From an uncultured Gemmatimonadales bacterium (GTDB lineage Bacteria; Gemmatimonadota; Gemmatimonadetes; Longimicrobiales; Longimicrobiaceae), in the NCBI GenBank assembly GCA_963716255.1, contig OY970303.1, positions 6,816,001 to 6,880,000 of the forward strand: 64,000 nt of DNA, read 5' to 3'. The first letter of the stretch is position 1; the number at the start of each line of letters is the position of its first letter. The translations under genes were made by a program, and so were the position numbers. The notes under the pieces were generated by a model. The model had not been told where the DNA came from. It made no database searches and worked only from the letters and a program-made list of their open reading frames with translations. Of this stretch, positions 1 to 22,500 are shown one piece after another.

Positions 1-1
1 C

Positions 2-9829
<9,828 letters not shown>

Positions 9830-9869
9830 CGGTCCGGAACCACCGCCACATCCACGTGCGCTGCCATTC

Positions 9870-12800
9870 ATGAGCCGAGACGCGACGAGCGGGGCAGGAA
9901 AGCTTCTCAGCGGACTGTCGCCCGAAAAGAGGCGGCTGCTCCTGCGGGACATGCTGCGCGAAAGAAAGGTCGCCGGGGACCGGGACCGGATCCCCCGGCG
10001 GGATTCCACCGGGCCGGCGCCGCTGTCGTTCGCGCAGCAGCGGCTGTGGGTGGTGGACCGGCTGGAGCCCGGGAGCGCCGCCTACAACATGCCTTCCGCG
10101 CTGCGGCTGCGGGGCGCGCTGGACACGGCCGCGCTGCGGGCGACCCTGGACGAGGTCGCGCGGCGGCACGAAGCGCTGCGGACCACGTTCGAGGAGCGCG
10201 ACGGCGCGCCCGTGCAGGTCGTCCGGCCGCCCGCTCCCGTGCCGCTGCCGGTGCTCGACCTGCGGGCCCTCCCCCGGGCGGCGCGGGAGCGGCAGGCGCG
10301 CGGGCTCGCGGACGACGAGGCGAGGCTTCCCTTCGACCTCGTCCACGGTCCGCTGCTGCGCGCCCGCCTCATTCGGCTGGGGGACGAGGACCACGTGCTC
10401 TGCTTCACGCTTCACCACGTCGTCAGCGACGGGTGGAGCATGGGCGTGCTCGTGCGCGAGGTTTCCGGGCTCTACGGCGCCCTGAGCCGGGGCCTGGAGC
10501 CGCAGCTGCCGGAGCTGCCGGTGCAGTACGCCGACTACGCCGTGTGGCAGCGGAGCGGGCCCGGGGAGGACGCCCTGGAGGGGCAGCTGGCGTACTGGAG
10601 GGAGCGGCTGGCGGGCGCGCCGCGGCTCCTGGAGATCCCCACGGACCGCCCGCGGGTGGCGGGGCAGGACGCGCGCGCGGGGAATCATCTCTTCACCCTC
10701 CCCGTGGAGCTGTCGCGGGGGCTGCGGGAGCTCGCGCACCGGGAGGGCGCGACGCTCTTCATGGCGCTGCTCGCCGCCTGGCAGACGCTGCTGGGGCGCT
10801 ATGCCGGGCAGGACGACGTGGTCGTGGGGAGTCCGGCCGCGGGACGGACGCGGGACGAGACGGAGGGGCTGATCGGCTTCTTCGTCAACATGCTGGCGCT
10901 GCGCGGCGACCTGTCGGGGGATCCCACCTGGACCGAGCTTCTGGGGCGGGCGCGGCGGACGGCGCTGGAAGCGTACGCGCGCCAGGAGCTTCCCTTCGAG
11001 CGCCTGGTGGAGGCGCTGGTCGTGGAGCGCAGCCTCACGCACGCGCCGCTCTTCCAGGTGGTCTTCACCCTCGACCAGGGCGCCGAGCCGGACGAGCGGC
11101 TGCGGCTGGGCGACCTTGAGCTGGAGCGGTTCGGGGAGGGCTCCGGGGTCGCGCAGTTCGACCTGGACCTCACCGTGCGGGACTCCGGGGACAGCATCGG
11201 CGGGACGCTGGCCTACCGGAGCGCGCTGTTCGAGGCGGCGACCATCGCGCGCATGGCGGGGCACCTGGAGGGGGTGCTGGAGGCCATGGTGGCCGGCCCG
11301 CGGCGGCGCCTGTCGGAGCTGTCGCTGGCGAGCGGGGCGGAGCGGGCGCAGGTGCAGCACGCCTGGAACGCGACCGCCCGCGAGTTCCCGGGCGGACGCT
11401 GCCTCCACGAGCTGATCGCGGAGCACGCGCGGCGCACCCCGGACGCGCCCGCCGTGGTCTTCGAGGGACGCGCGATCTCCCACGCCGAGCTGGACGCCCG
11501 GGCGAACCGGCTGGCGCACGGCCTCCGCGGGCGGGGCGTCGGGCCCGAGGTGCGGGTGGGGATCGCCGTGGACAGGGGACCGGAGCTGGCCCTGGCGCTC
11601 CTGGCCGTGCTCAAGGCCGGCGGCGCGTACGTGCCGCTGGACCCCGCCTATCCCGCCGCGCGCATCGCCCACGTGCTCCGCGACTCCGGCGCCGCCCTGC
11701 TGCTGACCCAGGAGCACCTGGCCGGACGCCTCTCCGCGGACGGGATCCCCACGACCGCCCTGGAAGCGCTCCGGGAGGAGACAGAGACCGGGCCCGCGCA
11801 CGCCCCGGAGAGCGGGGTTTCCGCGCAGAACCTCGCCTACGTCATCTACACCTCGGGGTCCACGGGCACGCCCAAGGGGGCCGCCGTCCCGCACCGCGCC
11901 GTCGTCAACCTCGCTGTTGACATGTCGCAGCGTCTCGGGCTCCGGCCGGACGACCGCTTCCTCCAGTTCGCCTCGCCGGGCTTCGACGTGGTGGTGGAGG
12001 AGGTCTTCCCCGCCTGGCTCGCCGGCGCCGCCGTGGTGTTCTCGCGCGAGGAGCTGTTCGTGCCCGGGACGCTGCTGCGCGTGGCCGCCGGCGAGGGAGT
12101 CACGGTCATGGAGCTGCCCACGGCCTACTGGCACGAGTGGGTGCGCGAGCTGACCCTGCGGCGGCAGCGTCTCCCCGGGTGCGTGCGCCTGGTCCTGGTG
12201 GGGGGCGAGCGCCTTTCCGCCGAGCGGCTGCGCGAGTGGGCGGAGCTGCGCGCCGCGCTGGTGCACGTCTTCGGGCTGACGGAGACCGCGTGCACCTCGA
12301 CCACCCTGCACCTGGCCCCGGGCGACGACGGGTCGCGCTGGGGCAGCCTGCCCATCGGGCGGCCCACCGGCAACGTGCGCGTGTACGTGCTGGACCGGTG
12401 GGGACAGCTGCTCCCCCCCGGCATCGCCGGGGAATTGTTCATCGGCGGCGAGGGCGTGGGGCGCGGCTACCTGGGGCGGCCGGAGCTGACGGCGGAGCGC
12501 TTCCTCCCGGACGCGCTCGGGGGCGAGGCGGGCTCGCGGCTGTACCGGACGGGGGACCGGGTGCGCTGGCTGGCGGACGGGACGCTGGAGTTCCTGGGCC
12601 GCGTGGACGAGCAGGTGAAGGTGCGCGGGTTCCGGATCGAGCCGGGGGAGGTGGAGGCGGCGCTGCTGGGACACGCGGCGGTGCGGGAGGCGGTGGTGGC
12701 GGTGCGGGAGGATCCCGCCTTCGGCGTGCCGGGGGACAGGCGGCTGGTCGGCTACGTGGTCGCCGAGGAGGGGGCGGAGCTCTCGGGCGCGGAATTGCGG

Positions 12801-15800
12801 GCGCACCTGGCCGCGCGGCTGCCGGAGCACCTGGTGCCGGGAGCGTTCGTGGTCCTGGCGAGCCTGCCGCTGACCCTCAACGGCAAGGTGGACCGGGCGG
12901 CGCTGCCGGCGCCGGAGCACGGGGGCGAAGCGGCGTACGTGGCGCCGGGGACGCCCACGGAGGAGGTGCTGGCGGGGATCTGGGCGGAGGTGCTGGGGCT
13001 GGAGCGGGTGGGGGTGGAGGCGAGCTTCTTCGAGCTGGGCGGGCACTCGCTGCTGGCGACGCAGGTGGTCTCCCGGGCGCGGCACGCGCTCGGGGTGGAG
13101 GTGCCGCTGCGGGCCCTGTTCGAAGCGCCCACGGTGGCCGGGCTGGCCGGCCGCATCGACGCGCTGCGGAGCGAGGGCGCCCCGCCGGCGCCGCCCATCG
13201 AGCGGTTCCCGCGCGGAGGGGGCGAAGGCCTGCCGCTGTCCTTCGCCCAGCAGCGATTGTGGCTGGTGGACCGGATGGAGCCGGGGAGCGCCGCCTACAA
13301 CGTCCCCGCCGCGCTGCGGCTGCGGGGAGCGCTGGACGTGGCCGCCCTGCGGGCGAGCCTGGACGCGCTGGTGCGGCGGCACGAGACGCTGCGCACCACG
13401 TTCGCCGAGCGCGGCGGCGCGCCCGTGCAGGCGGTCCATCCGCCCGCCCCGGTCCCGCTGCCGGTCGTGGACCTGGGCCGGCTGCCCGCCGGGGCGCGGG
13501 AGCGGCACGCCGAGCGGCTGGCGAGGGCGGAGGCGCTGCGGCCCTTCGACCTGGCCCGGGGACCGCTCGTGCGGAGCACGCTGCTCCACCTGGGCGGCGG
13601 GGACCACGCGCTGTTCTTCACGCTCCACCACGTCGTCAGCGATGAGTGGAGCATGGAGGTGCTGGTGCGCGAAGTGTCCGCCCTCTACGCCGCCTTCGGC
13701 CGGGGCGAGCCGCCGCAGCTCCCGGAGCTGCCGGTGCAGTACGCCGACTACGCCGTGTGGCAGCGGCGCCGGCTGAGCGGCGCCGTGCTGGAGGAGCAGC
13801 TGGCCTTCTGGAAGGAGGAGCTGGCCGGGGCGCCGCCGCTGCTGGAGCTGCCCGTGGACCATCCGCGCACGCAGGCGCCGGGGGATGCGCGCGCCGCCGG
13901 CCACACGTTCGCGCTGGGCGCGGAGGTGTCGCGGGCGCTGCGGGCGCTGTCGCGGCGCGAGGGGGCCACGCTGTTCATGACGCTGCTGGCCGCCTGGCAG
14001 GCGCTCCTGGGGCGCTGGGCCGGGGAGGACGACGTGGTCGTGGGAACCCCCATCGCCGGGCGGACGCGGGCGGAGACGGAGGGGCTGATCGGCTTCTTCG
14101 TCAACCTGCTGGCGCTGCGCGGCGACCTGTCGGGGGATCCCACCTGGAGCGAGCTGCTGGGGCGGACGCGGGAAGCGGCGCTGGGGGCGTACGCGCACCA
14201 GGAGCTTCCCTTCGAGCGCCTGGTGGAGGAGCTGGGCGTGGAGCGCAGCCTCGCGCACTCCCCCGTCTTCCAGACGGTGTTCGCCCTGGGCCGGCCCGGC
14301 GGGCGCGGCGCGCGGCTGTCGCTGGGCGACGTGGAGCTGGCGCCGTTCGGCGCGGGTGCGGAGGTCGCCCGCTTCGACGTGAGCCTGACGATGACGGACG
14401 GGGCGGAGGGGCTGGGCGGGACCTTCCTCTACCGCGAAGCGCTGTTCGAGGCGGCGACCGTGGCGCGCATGGCCGGGCACCTGGCGGCCGTGCTGGAGGC
14501 GATGGCGGCCGACCCGGGGCGGCGGGCCTCCTCGCTGTCGCTGCTGCGCGGGGCGGAGCGCGCGCAGGTGCTCGAAGCCTGGAACGCCACCGCGGCGGAG
14601 GTCCCGGGGGAGTGCGTGCACGAGCGGTTCGCCGCTCAGGCGGAGCGCACCCCCGCGGCCGTGGCGGTCCGCTCCGCCGGGGGGACGCTCACCTACGCCG
14701 AGCTGGAGCGCCGCTCCGGCCGGCTGGCGCGCCACCTCCGGCGCCGCGGCGTCGGGCCTGAGGTGGCGGTGGGGCTGCTCCTGGAGCGCTCGGCGGAGAT
14801 GGTCGTCGCCGTGCTCGCCGTCCTCCGGGCCGGCGGCGCCTACCTCCCCCTGGACCCGCGCCATCCCCCCGAGCGCCTGCGCCGCCTGCTGGCGGACGCG
14901 GGCGCGCCGGTGCTGCTGACCCAGGCGAGCCTGGCCGCGCGCGTGGAGGGGTGCCCGTGCGCCGTGGTCCGCCTGGACGCCGACGCCGCCGCGATCGCGG
15001 GCGAGCCGGAGGGGGCGCCCGCGGTCCGGGTGGATGCGAGGGGCGCCGCCTGCGTGATCCACACCTCCGGCTCCACGGGCACGCCCAGGGGAGTGGTCGT
15101 CGAGCACGGCGGCCTGGCCAACTACCTCCGCTTCTTCGACCGCGAGGTGCTGGGGGCGGAGGGCTTCGCGCTGCCGCTGGTGTCGCGGCTCGCCTTCGAC
15201 GCGCACGTGCGGCAGCTCTTCCCGCCGCTGCTGCGGGGCGGGGCGGTGTGGGTGCTGCCGGAGGAGACGGCCACGGACCCGGCGGCGCTGCTGGAGGCGC
15301 TGTCGGGGGAGGAGCGGGTGTCGTTCGGGGGGGTGCCGTCGCTGTGGAGCGCGATGCTGGAGCGGGTGGAGCGCGGCGAGGCGGCCGCGCCGCGGGGGCT
15401 GGTGGCGGTGCTGCTGGGGGGAGAGGCGCTGCCGGAGGCGCTGGCGCGGCGGACGCGCGCGATGTTCCCGGGGGTGGCGATCTGGAACCACTACGGTCCC
15501 ACGGAAGCCACGGTCAACACCACCGTGGCGCGGCTGGACGGGGCGGGGCGGCCGAGCCTGGGCCGGCCCATCGCCAACGTGCGCGTCTACGTGCTGGACG
15601 CGCGGGGGGAGCCCTCGCCGCTGGGGGCGCCGGGCGAGCTGTACGTGGGCGGGGCGGGGGTGACCCGCGGGTACCTGGGGCGGCCCGAGCTGACGGCGGA
15701 GCGGTTCGTCCCGGACGCGCTCGGCGGCGGGGTGGGCGCGCGGCTGTACCGCACGGGCGACCGGGTGCGCTGGCTCCCCGCCGGCGAGCTGGATTTCCTG

Positions 15801-16481
15801 GGCCGCATCGACCACCAGCTCAAGATCCGCGGATTCCGCGTGGAGCCGGGGGAGATCGAGGCGGCGCTGCGGACGCACGAGCAGGTGCGGGAAGCCGTGG
15901 TGCTCCTGCGCGAGGACGTGCCCGGCCGGCAGCGGCTGGTGGCGTACGTGGCCGGCGGATCGGGGACGCAGGTGTCGCCGGCGGAGCTGCGGGGCCGCCT
16001 GGCGGAGCTCCGCCGGCACGTGGCGGAGCGGCTGCCGGAGTACATGGTGCCGGCGGCGTTCGTGGCGCTGGAGAGCATTCCCACGACCTCCGGCGGCAAG
16101 GTCGACCGGCGGGCGCTCCCGGCCCCGGAGTGGGAGACCGAGGAGGAGCACGTGGCGCCGCGCACGGTGGTGGAGGAGCTGGTCGCCGGGATCTGGGCGG
16201 AGGTGCTGGAGACCGAGCGCGTGGGGGTGACGGCGAGCTTCTTCGCGCTGGGAGGGCACTCGCTGCTTGCCACGCAGGTGGTCTCGCGCCTGGCGGAAAC
16301 GCTCGGCGTCGAGGTGCCGCTGCGGACGCTGTTCGAGATGCCCACCGTGGAAGCGCTGTCCAGCTTCGTGGAGGACCGGCTGCTCGGCGCCCTGGAGCCC
16401 GGCCAGGTGGCGGAGCACCTGGAGCGGCTGGGGCCCGACGAAGACCTCGACGCGGCCCGGACCCGGGACCCGGCCGCGTAG
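9870..16481 (+). CDS. NRPS subunit 2: C-A-T-C-A-T (about 2203 aa)
   Basis: ATG at 9870 (MSRDATSG...) lies 40 nt after the NRPS 1 stop and is in frame with track ORF 9333..16481. It encodes an N-terminal docking-like helix, two C domains, two A domains and two GGHSL PCPs. Confidence 0.95.
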   Translation: MSRDATSGAGKLLSGLSPEKRRLLLRDMLRERKVAGDRDRIPRRDSTGPAPLSFAQQRLWVVDRLEPGSAAYNMPSALRLRGALDTAALRATLDEVARRHEALRTTFEERDGAPVQVVRPPAPVPLPVLDLRALPRAARERQARGLADDEARLPFDLVHGPLLRARLIRLGDEDHVLCFTLHHVVSDGWSMGVLVREVSGLYGALSRGLEPQLPELPVQYADYAVWQRSGPGEDALEGQLAYWRERLAGAPRLLEIPTDRPRVAGQDARAGNHLFTLPVELSRGLRELAHREGATLFMALLAAWQTLLGRYAGQDDVVVGSPAAGRTRDETEGLIGFFVNMLALRGDLSGDPTWTELLGRARRTALEAYARQELPFERLVEALVVERSLTHAPLFQVVFTLDQGAEPDERLRLGDLELERFGEGSGVAQFDLDLTVRDSGDSIGGTLAYRSALFEAATIARMAGHLEGVLEAMVAGPRRRLSELSLASGAERAQVQHAWNATAREFPGGRCLHELIAEHARRTPDAPAVVFEGRAISHAELDARANRLAHGLRGRGVGPEVRVGIAVDRGPELALALLAVLKAGGAYVPLDPAYPAARIAHVLRDSGAALLLTQEHLAGRLSADGIPTTALEALREETETGPAHAPESGVSAQNLAYVIYTSGSTGTPKGAAVPHRAVVNLAVDMSQRLGLRPDDRFLQFASPGFDVVVEEVFPAWLAGAAVVFSREELFVPGTLLRVAAGEGVTVMELPTAYWHEWVRELTLRRQRLPGCVRLVLVGGERLSAERLREWAELRAALVHVFGLTETACTSTTLHLAPGDDGSRWGSLPIGRPTGNVRVYVLDRWGQLLPPGIAGELFIGGEGVGRGYLGRPELTAERFLPDALGGEAGSRLYRTGDRVRWLADGTLEFLGRVDEQVKVRGFRIEPGEVEAALLGHAAVREAVVAVREDPAFGVPGDRRLVGYVVAEEGAELSGAELRAHLAARLPEHLVPGAFVVLASLPLTLNGKVDRAALPAPEHGGEAAYVAPGTPTEEVLAGIWAEVLGLERVGVEASFFELGGHSLLATQVVSRARHALGVEVPLRALFEAPTVAGLAGRIDALRSEGAPPAPPIERFPRGGGEGLPLSFAQQRLWLVDRMEPGSAAYNVPAALRLRGALDVAALRASLDALVRRHETLRTTFAERGGAPVQAVHPPAPVPLPVVDLGRLPAGARERHAERLARAEALRPFDLARGPLVRSTLLHLGGGDHALFFTLHHVVSDEWSMEVLVREVSALYAAFGRGEPPQLPELPVQYADYAVWQRRRLSGAVLEEQLAFWKEELAGAPPLLELPVDHPRTQAPGDARAAGHTFALGAEVSRALRALSRREGATLFMTLLAAWQALLGRWAGEDDVVVGTPIAGRTRAETEGLIGFFVNLLALRGDLSGDPTWSELLGRTREAALGAYAHQELPFERLVEELGVERSLAHSPVFQTVFALGRPGGRGARLSLGDVELAPFGAGAEVARFDVSLTMTDGAEGLGGTFLYREALFEAATVARMAGHLAAVLEAMAADPGRRASSLSLLRGAERAQVLEAWNATAAEVPGECVHERFAAQAERTPAAVAVRSAGGTLTYAELERRSGRLARHLRRRGVGPEVAVGLLLERSAEMVVAVLAVLRAGGAYLPLDPRHPPERLRRLLADAGAPVLLTQASLAARVEGCPCAVVRLDADAAAIAGEPEGAPAVRVDARGAACVIHTSGSTGTPRGVVVEHGGLANYLRFFDREVLGAEGFALPLVSRLAFDAHVRQLFPPLLRGGAVWVLPEETATDPAALLEALSGEERVSFGGVPSLWSAMLERVERGEAAAPRGLVAVLLGGEALPEALARRTRAMFPGVAIWNHYGPTEATVNTTVARLDGAGRPSLGRPIANVRVYVLDARGEPSPLGAPGELYVGGAGVTRGYLGRPELTAERFVPDALGGGVGARLYRTGDRVRWLPAGELDFLGRIDHQLKIRGFRVEPGEIEAALRTHEQVREAVVLLREDVPGRQRLVAYVAGGSGTQVSPAELRGRLAELRRHVAERLPEYMVPAAFVALESIPTTSGGKVDRRALPAPEWETEEEHVAPRTVVEELVAGIWAEVLETERVGVTASFFALGGHSLLATQVVSRLAETLGVEVPLRTLFEMPTVEALSSFVEDRLLGALEPGQVAEHLERLGPDEDLDAARTRDPAA

Positions 16482-16534
16482 GCGAGTTCCGTAGTTTCGT
16501 AGCAGAGATCCGCATTTCATCGACATTGCCGCAC

Positions 16535-19500
16535 ATGAGCGACCAGCCCACTGCCGGATCCGCGGACGCGCTCGGACATCTCTCGTCCGCGACAAGGCAG
16601 GCGCTCCTGCAGAGCATCCTGCGGGAGCGGAGCGTGCCCGTCCTGGAGAAGATTCCGCGCAGGCCCACCCCCGGGCCCGCGCCGCTGTCGTTCGCGCAGC
16701 AGCGGCTGTGGCTGGTGGACCGGCTGGAGCCGGGAAGCCCCGCCTACAACATGCCCTACGCGCTGCGCCTGCGGGGCGTGCTCGACCCGGCGGCGCTGCG
16801 GGCCAGTCTGGACGCGCTGGTGCGGCGTCACGAGGCGCTGCGCACCACGTTCGCCGAGCAGGGGGACGGGCCGGTGCAGGTCGTCCACCCGCCGGCACCC
16901 GTCGCCCTGGCGGAGCTGGACCTGCGCCGCCTGCCGGACGCCGGGCGGGAGGCGGCGCGCCTGGTGGAGGAGGAGTCGCTGCGGCCGTTCGACCTGGAGC
17001 GCGGGCCGCTCCTGCGCAGCACCCTGCTGCGCCTGGGCGAGGCCGACCACGTGCTGCTCTTCACGCTGCACCACGTGGTCAGCGACGGCTGGAGCCGCGG
17101 CGTGCTGGTGCGCGAGGTTTCCGCCCTGTACGGCGCCTTCAGCCGGGGCGAGGAGCCGCGCCTCCCGGAGCTGCCGGTCCAGTACGCCGACTTCGCCGTG
17201 TGGCAGCGCGGCTGGCTCAGCGGGGCTAGGCTGGAAGGGCACGTCGGCTACTGGAAGGAAAAGCTCGGCGGCGCCCCTCCGCTGCTGGAGATCCCGACCG
17301 ACCATCCGCGTGCCCCGGGGCGGAGCCAGCTGGCGGGGAGCCACCGCTTTGCGCTGCCGGCGGCGGTGGCGCAGGGGCTGCGCGAGCTCTCGGAGCGCGA
17401 AGGCACGACGCTGTTCATGACGCTGCTGGCCGGCTGGCAGGCGCTGCTGGGCCGCCATGCGGGGCAGGAGGACGTGGTGGTGGGCAGCGCCATCGCGGGG
17501 CGCACGCGGCGCGAGACGGAGGGGCTGATCGGGTTCTTCGTCAACCTGCTCGCGCTGCGGGTGGACCTGGCGGGAGATCCCACCCTGAGCGAAGTGCTGC
17601 GCCGTGTGCGGGAAACGGCGCTGGGGGCGTACGCGCACCAGGACCTCCCGTTCGAGCGCCTGGTGGAAGAGCTGGGGGTGGAGCGCAGCCTGACGCACCC
17701 GCCCGTCTTCCAGGCCACCTTCGCCCTGCAGACGGCAGGCGGGACGGGCGAGCGGCCGGTCCTCGGCGAGATGGAGGTGGAGCCGTTCGGCGCGGACGAA
17801 GTGGCGGCCAAGTTCGACCTGGACCTGGTGGTCATCGATTCAGGCGAGCGGATGGACGGGGTGCTGGTCTACCGGGAGGCGCTGTTCGAGGCGGCGACGG
17901 CGGCGCGCCTGGCCGGGCACCTGGAGACCGTGCTGGAAGCCATGGCGGCCGATCCGGGACGGCGGCTTTCTGAGCTGTCGCTGCTTCGAGGGGCCGAGCG
18001 CGCACGGGTCCTGGAGGCCTGGAACGCCACCTCCACCGAGCTCCCGCGGGCTCTTGTCCACGAGCTCGTCGCGGAGCAGGCGCGGCGCGCCCCCGGCGCC
18101 GCCGCGGTCGTCGCGCGGGGCGGGTCCCTCAACTACGCGGAGCTCCAGCGCAGGGCCGACCGGCTGGCCCGCTCCCTCCGCGCCCTCGGCGTCGGTCCCG
18201 AGACGTGCGTGGGGCTGTGCGTCGGGCGCTCGCCCGGGATGGTCGTCGGCGTGCTGGGCATCCTGGGGGCCGGCGGCGTCTACGTCCCGCTGGATCCCGC
18301 CTACCCGGCCGAGCGCCTGGCCTGGATGGCCGCCGACTCGGGCGCCGCCGTGCTGGTGGTGGAGTCCACGGCCCCGGACGTCCTCCCCGCCTTCGCGGGG
18401 CCGCGGCTCGTCCTGGACGCGGAGGGGGAAGGGGACTCCGGCGAGGGCGAAGCGCCTCCCGTGACTGGGCTGTCGCCGGACAACGCCGCGTACGTCATCT
18501 ACACCTCCGGCTCCACCGGCCGCCCCAAGGGCGTGGTGGTCACGCACGCGGGCGCGGCCAACCTGCTGTCGGCCACGGTCCGGACGCTGGGGGCGACCCC
18601 GCGGAGCAGCCTGCTGCAGACGCTCTCCCCGGCCTTCGACGCCTCGCTGCTGGAGATCTTCGTCGCGCTGCTCGCCGGCGCGGCGCTGCACCTGGTGGAG
18701 CGCGAGACGGTGCTTTCGCCGGAGCGGTTGGGAGCGCTGCTGCGGGAGCGGGAGGTCGACGTCCTGCTGAGCAGCCCGGCGCTCCTGGACAGCCTGCCGG
18801 AGGCGGAATACCCCGCCCTGCGCGCCATCGGGGTGGGCGGGGAGCGCCTTCCGGGCGACACGGCGGCGCGCTGGTCGCGCGGGCGGCGGCTGGTCAACAT
18901 GTACGGCCCGACGGAAACGACCATCACTGCCACGGAGCACCTGTGCGAGCCGGGCGCGGGGGAGGCGCCGCCCATCGGGCGGCCGGTGGCCAACGCGCGC
19001 GTCTACGTGCTGGACGCGTGGGGCGAGGCGGCGCCCGTGGGCGTGCCGGGAGAGCTGTGGGTGGGAGGCGCGGGGGTGTCGCGCGGCTACCTGGGCCGCC
19101 CCGGGCTGACGGCGGAAACGTTCGTCCCCGACCCGTTCGGCGCGGCGGGCGGGCGGCTGTACCGGACGGGAGACCGGGTGCGGTGGCTGGCCCGCGGGGA
19201 GCTGGAGTTCCTGGGCCGCATCGACGCGCAGGTCAAGGTCCGCGGCTTCCGCATCGAGCCGGGCGAGGTCGAGGCTGCCCTGCTGGGCGCTCCGGGGGTG
19301 GGGGAGGCGGCCGTCGTCGTGCGGGAGGACGTGCCGGGGCGCCGGCGCCTGGTGGGCTACGTGGTGCCGGCGGACGGCGCCGGCCTGGAGTCGGCCGGGG
19401 TGCGGGCGCACCTGGCGGCGCGGCTGCCGGAGCACATGGTGCCGGCCGCCTTCGTGGTGCTGGACGCGCTTCCGCGCACGCCCAACGGCAAGACCGACCG

Positions 19501-22500
19501 GCGGGCGCTGCCGGCGCCGGAGGGGGGGAGCGGTGCCGGGGTGGAGCACGTCGCCCCGGCGACCGCGGTGGAGGAGGTGCTGGCGGGGATCTGGGCCGCG
19601 GTGCTGGGAATCGACCGCGTGGGCGTGCGCGACGACTTCTTCGAGCTGGGCGGGCACTCGCTGCTGGCGACGCAGGTGGTCTCGCGGGTGCGGCAGGCGC
19701 TCGGGGTGGAGGTGCCGCTGCGGGCCGTGTTCGAGGCGCCCACCGTCGCGGAGCTCGCCCCCCGCGTGGAAGCGCTGCGCGCGGACGGCGGACCGGCGGC
19801 GGATCCCATCGTCCGGGTCCCGCGCGAGGAGGCGCCGCCGCTGTCGTTCGCGCAGCAGCGGCTGTGGGTGGTGGACCGGATCGAGCCGGGGAGCCCCGCC
19901 TACAACATGCCCTCCGCGCTGCGCCTGAGGGGCGCGCTGGACGCCGCGGCGCTGCGGGCGAGCATCGGCGAGCTGGCGCGGCGGCACGAGGCGCTGCGCA
20001 CCACGCTCCAGGAGCGCGGCGGCGCGCCCGTGCAGGTGGTCCATCCCCACGCGCCGGCCGCGCTCCCGGTGGTGGACCTCGCCCGCCTGCCGGCCGGGGC
20101 GCGCGCGCCGGAGGCGGAGCGGCTCGCGGACGCGGAGGCGCTGCGCCCCTTCGACCTGGCGCGCGGGCCGCTGCTGCGGAGCGCGCTGCTGCGCCTGGAC
20201 GAGGACGACCACGTGCTGCTCTTCACGCTGCACCACGTGGCCGGCGACGGCTGGAGCATGCAGGTGCTCGTGCGCGAGGTCTCCGCCCTGTACGGCGCCT
20301 TCAGCCGCGGCGATTCGTCGCCCCTGCCGGAGCTGCCGGTGCAGTACGCCGACTTCGCCGTGTGGCAGCGCGGCTGGCTCAGCGGCCCGGTCCTGGAAGC
20401 GCACCTGTCGTACTGGAAGACGCGCCTGGCGGACGCGCCGCCGCTGCTGGAGATCCCCACCGACCATCCGCGCGGGGCGGGACGGGGCGCGCGCGCGGGG
20501 ACCCACGCCTTCGCCCTGCCGGCCGGGCTGTCGCGGGGGCTGCGGGAGCGCGCGCGCCAGGAGGGCGCGACGCTGTTCATGACGCTGCTCGCCGGCTGGC
20601 AGGCGCTGCTCGCCAGGTACTCGGGGCAGGACGACGTGGTGGTGGGGAGCCCCATCGCGGGGCGCACGCGGGCGGAGACGGAGGGCCTGATCGGCTTCTT
20701 CGCGAACATGCTCCCCCTGCGCGCCGACCTGTCCGGCGACCCCACCTGGCGGGAGCTGCTGGGGCGGGTGCGCGAGACCGCGCTGGGCGCCTACGCGCAC
20801 CAGGAGCTGTCCTTCGAGCGGCTGGTGGAGGAGCTGGCCGTGGAGCGCAGCCTCACCCACACGCCCGTCTTCCAGGCCACCTTCGCCCTGAACCGCCCCG
20901 GCGAGGAGGAGGCGCCGTCGCTGGGCGGCCTGGCGCTGGAACCGTTCGGCGGCGGCGCCCGGGTCGCGAAGTTCGACCTGGGGCTGGTGGCGGAGGACGG
21001 GGAGGCGGCCCTCGCCGCGACCCTGGACTACCGGGTGGCGCTCTTCGAGGCCGCCACGATCGCGCGCATGGCGGGGCACCTGGAGGCCGTGCTGGAGGCG
21101 CTGGCCGGGGAGCCGGAGCGCCGCCTCTCGGAGCTGTCGCTGCTGGGCGGGGCGGAGCGCGCCCGGGTGCTGGAGGCGTGGAACGCCACCGAGGCCGACC
21201 TGCCGCGCGCCTGCGTGCACGAGCTGTTCGCCGAGCAGGCGCGGCGCACCCCGGACGCCGCCGCCGTGGTCCACGAGGGCCGGACCCTCACCTACGGCGA
21301 GCTGGAGCGGAGCGCGAACCGCCTGGCGCACTCCCTCCGCCGCCTGGGCGTGGGCCCGGAAGCGTGCGTGGGGCTGTGCGCGCGGCGCTCGCCCGGGATG
21401 GTCGCCGGCCTGCTGGGCATCCTGGCGGCCGGCGGCGTCTACGTCCCGCTGGATCCCGCCTATCCGGCCGAGCGCCTGGAGTTCATGGCCGCCGATTCCG
21501 GCGCCGCGGTGCTGCTGGTGGACTCCGCCGCCCCGGACGTCCTCCCCGCCTTCGCGGGGGCGCGGCTCGTCCTGGACGACTTCGGGCGGGAGGCGGACTC
21601 CGCGGAGGACGGAGCGCCCCCGGCGAGCGGAGTGTCGCCGGAAAACGCGGCGTACGTGATCTACACCTCCGGCTCCACCGGCCGCCCCAAGGGAGTCGTG
21701 GTCACGCATGCCGGCGCGGCCAACCTCCTGCCGCGCGCCGGCCGGTCCTTCGGGGCCGCGCCCGGCGGGCGCGTGCTCCAGACGGCCTCCCTGAGCTTCG
21801 ACGCCTCGGTGCTGGAAATCTTCGTGGCGCTGCTCTCCGGGGCGGCGCTGCACGTGGCCGACCGCGAAGCCGTGCTCGCGCCGGAGCGGCTGGCGGCGCT
21901 GCTGAGGGAGCGGGAGATCGACGTGTGGGTGAGCACCCCCGCGCTGCTGGACACGCTGCCGGACACCGACTTCCCGCTCCTCCGCACCATCAGCGCGGGC
22001 GGCGAGCGGTGCTCGGGCGAGACGGCGGCGCGCTGGTCCCAGGGGCGGCGCCTGGTGAACATGTACGGCCCCACGGAGATCACCATCTTCGCGACCATGC
22101 ACGAGTGCGCGCCCGGCGCGGCGGAGGCGCCGCCGATCGGGCGGCCGGTGCCCAATGCGCGCGTGTACGTGCTGGACGCCTGGGGGGAGCCGGCGCCGCC
22201 GGGAATGCCGGGCGAGCTGTACGTCGGGGGCGCGGGGGTGGCGCGGGGCTACCTGGGGCGGCCCGAGCTGACGGCGGAGAAGTTCGTGCCGGATCCGTTC
22301 GGTGGGGGCGGCGCGCGGCTGTACCGCACGGGGGACCGCGCGCGGTGGAACGGGCGCGGCGAGCTGGAGTTCCTGGGCCGCATCGACGCGCAGGTCAAGC
22401 TTCGTGGCTTCCGCATCGAGCCGGGCGAGGTCGAGGCGGCGCTGCTGGAGGCGCCGGAGGTGCGGGAGGCGGTGGTCGTCGTGCGGGAGGACGCGCCGGG

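Noticed and set aside
14951..16534. ORF-track N-terminal extensions (starts at 14951 and 9333, and long upstream extensions of the minus-strand operon genes)
   Set aside because: They overlap the preceding real genes and translate as nonsense. The true starts are the downstream ATG/GTG codons at gene junctions.
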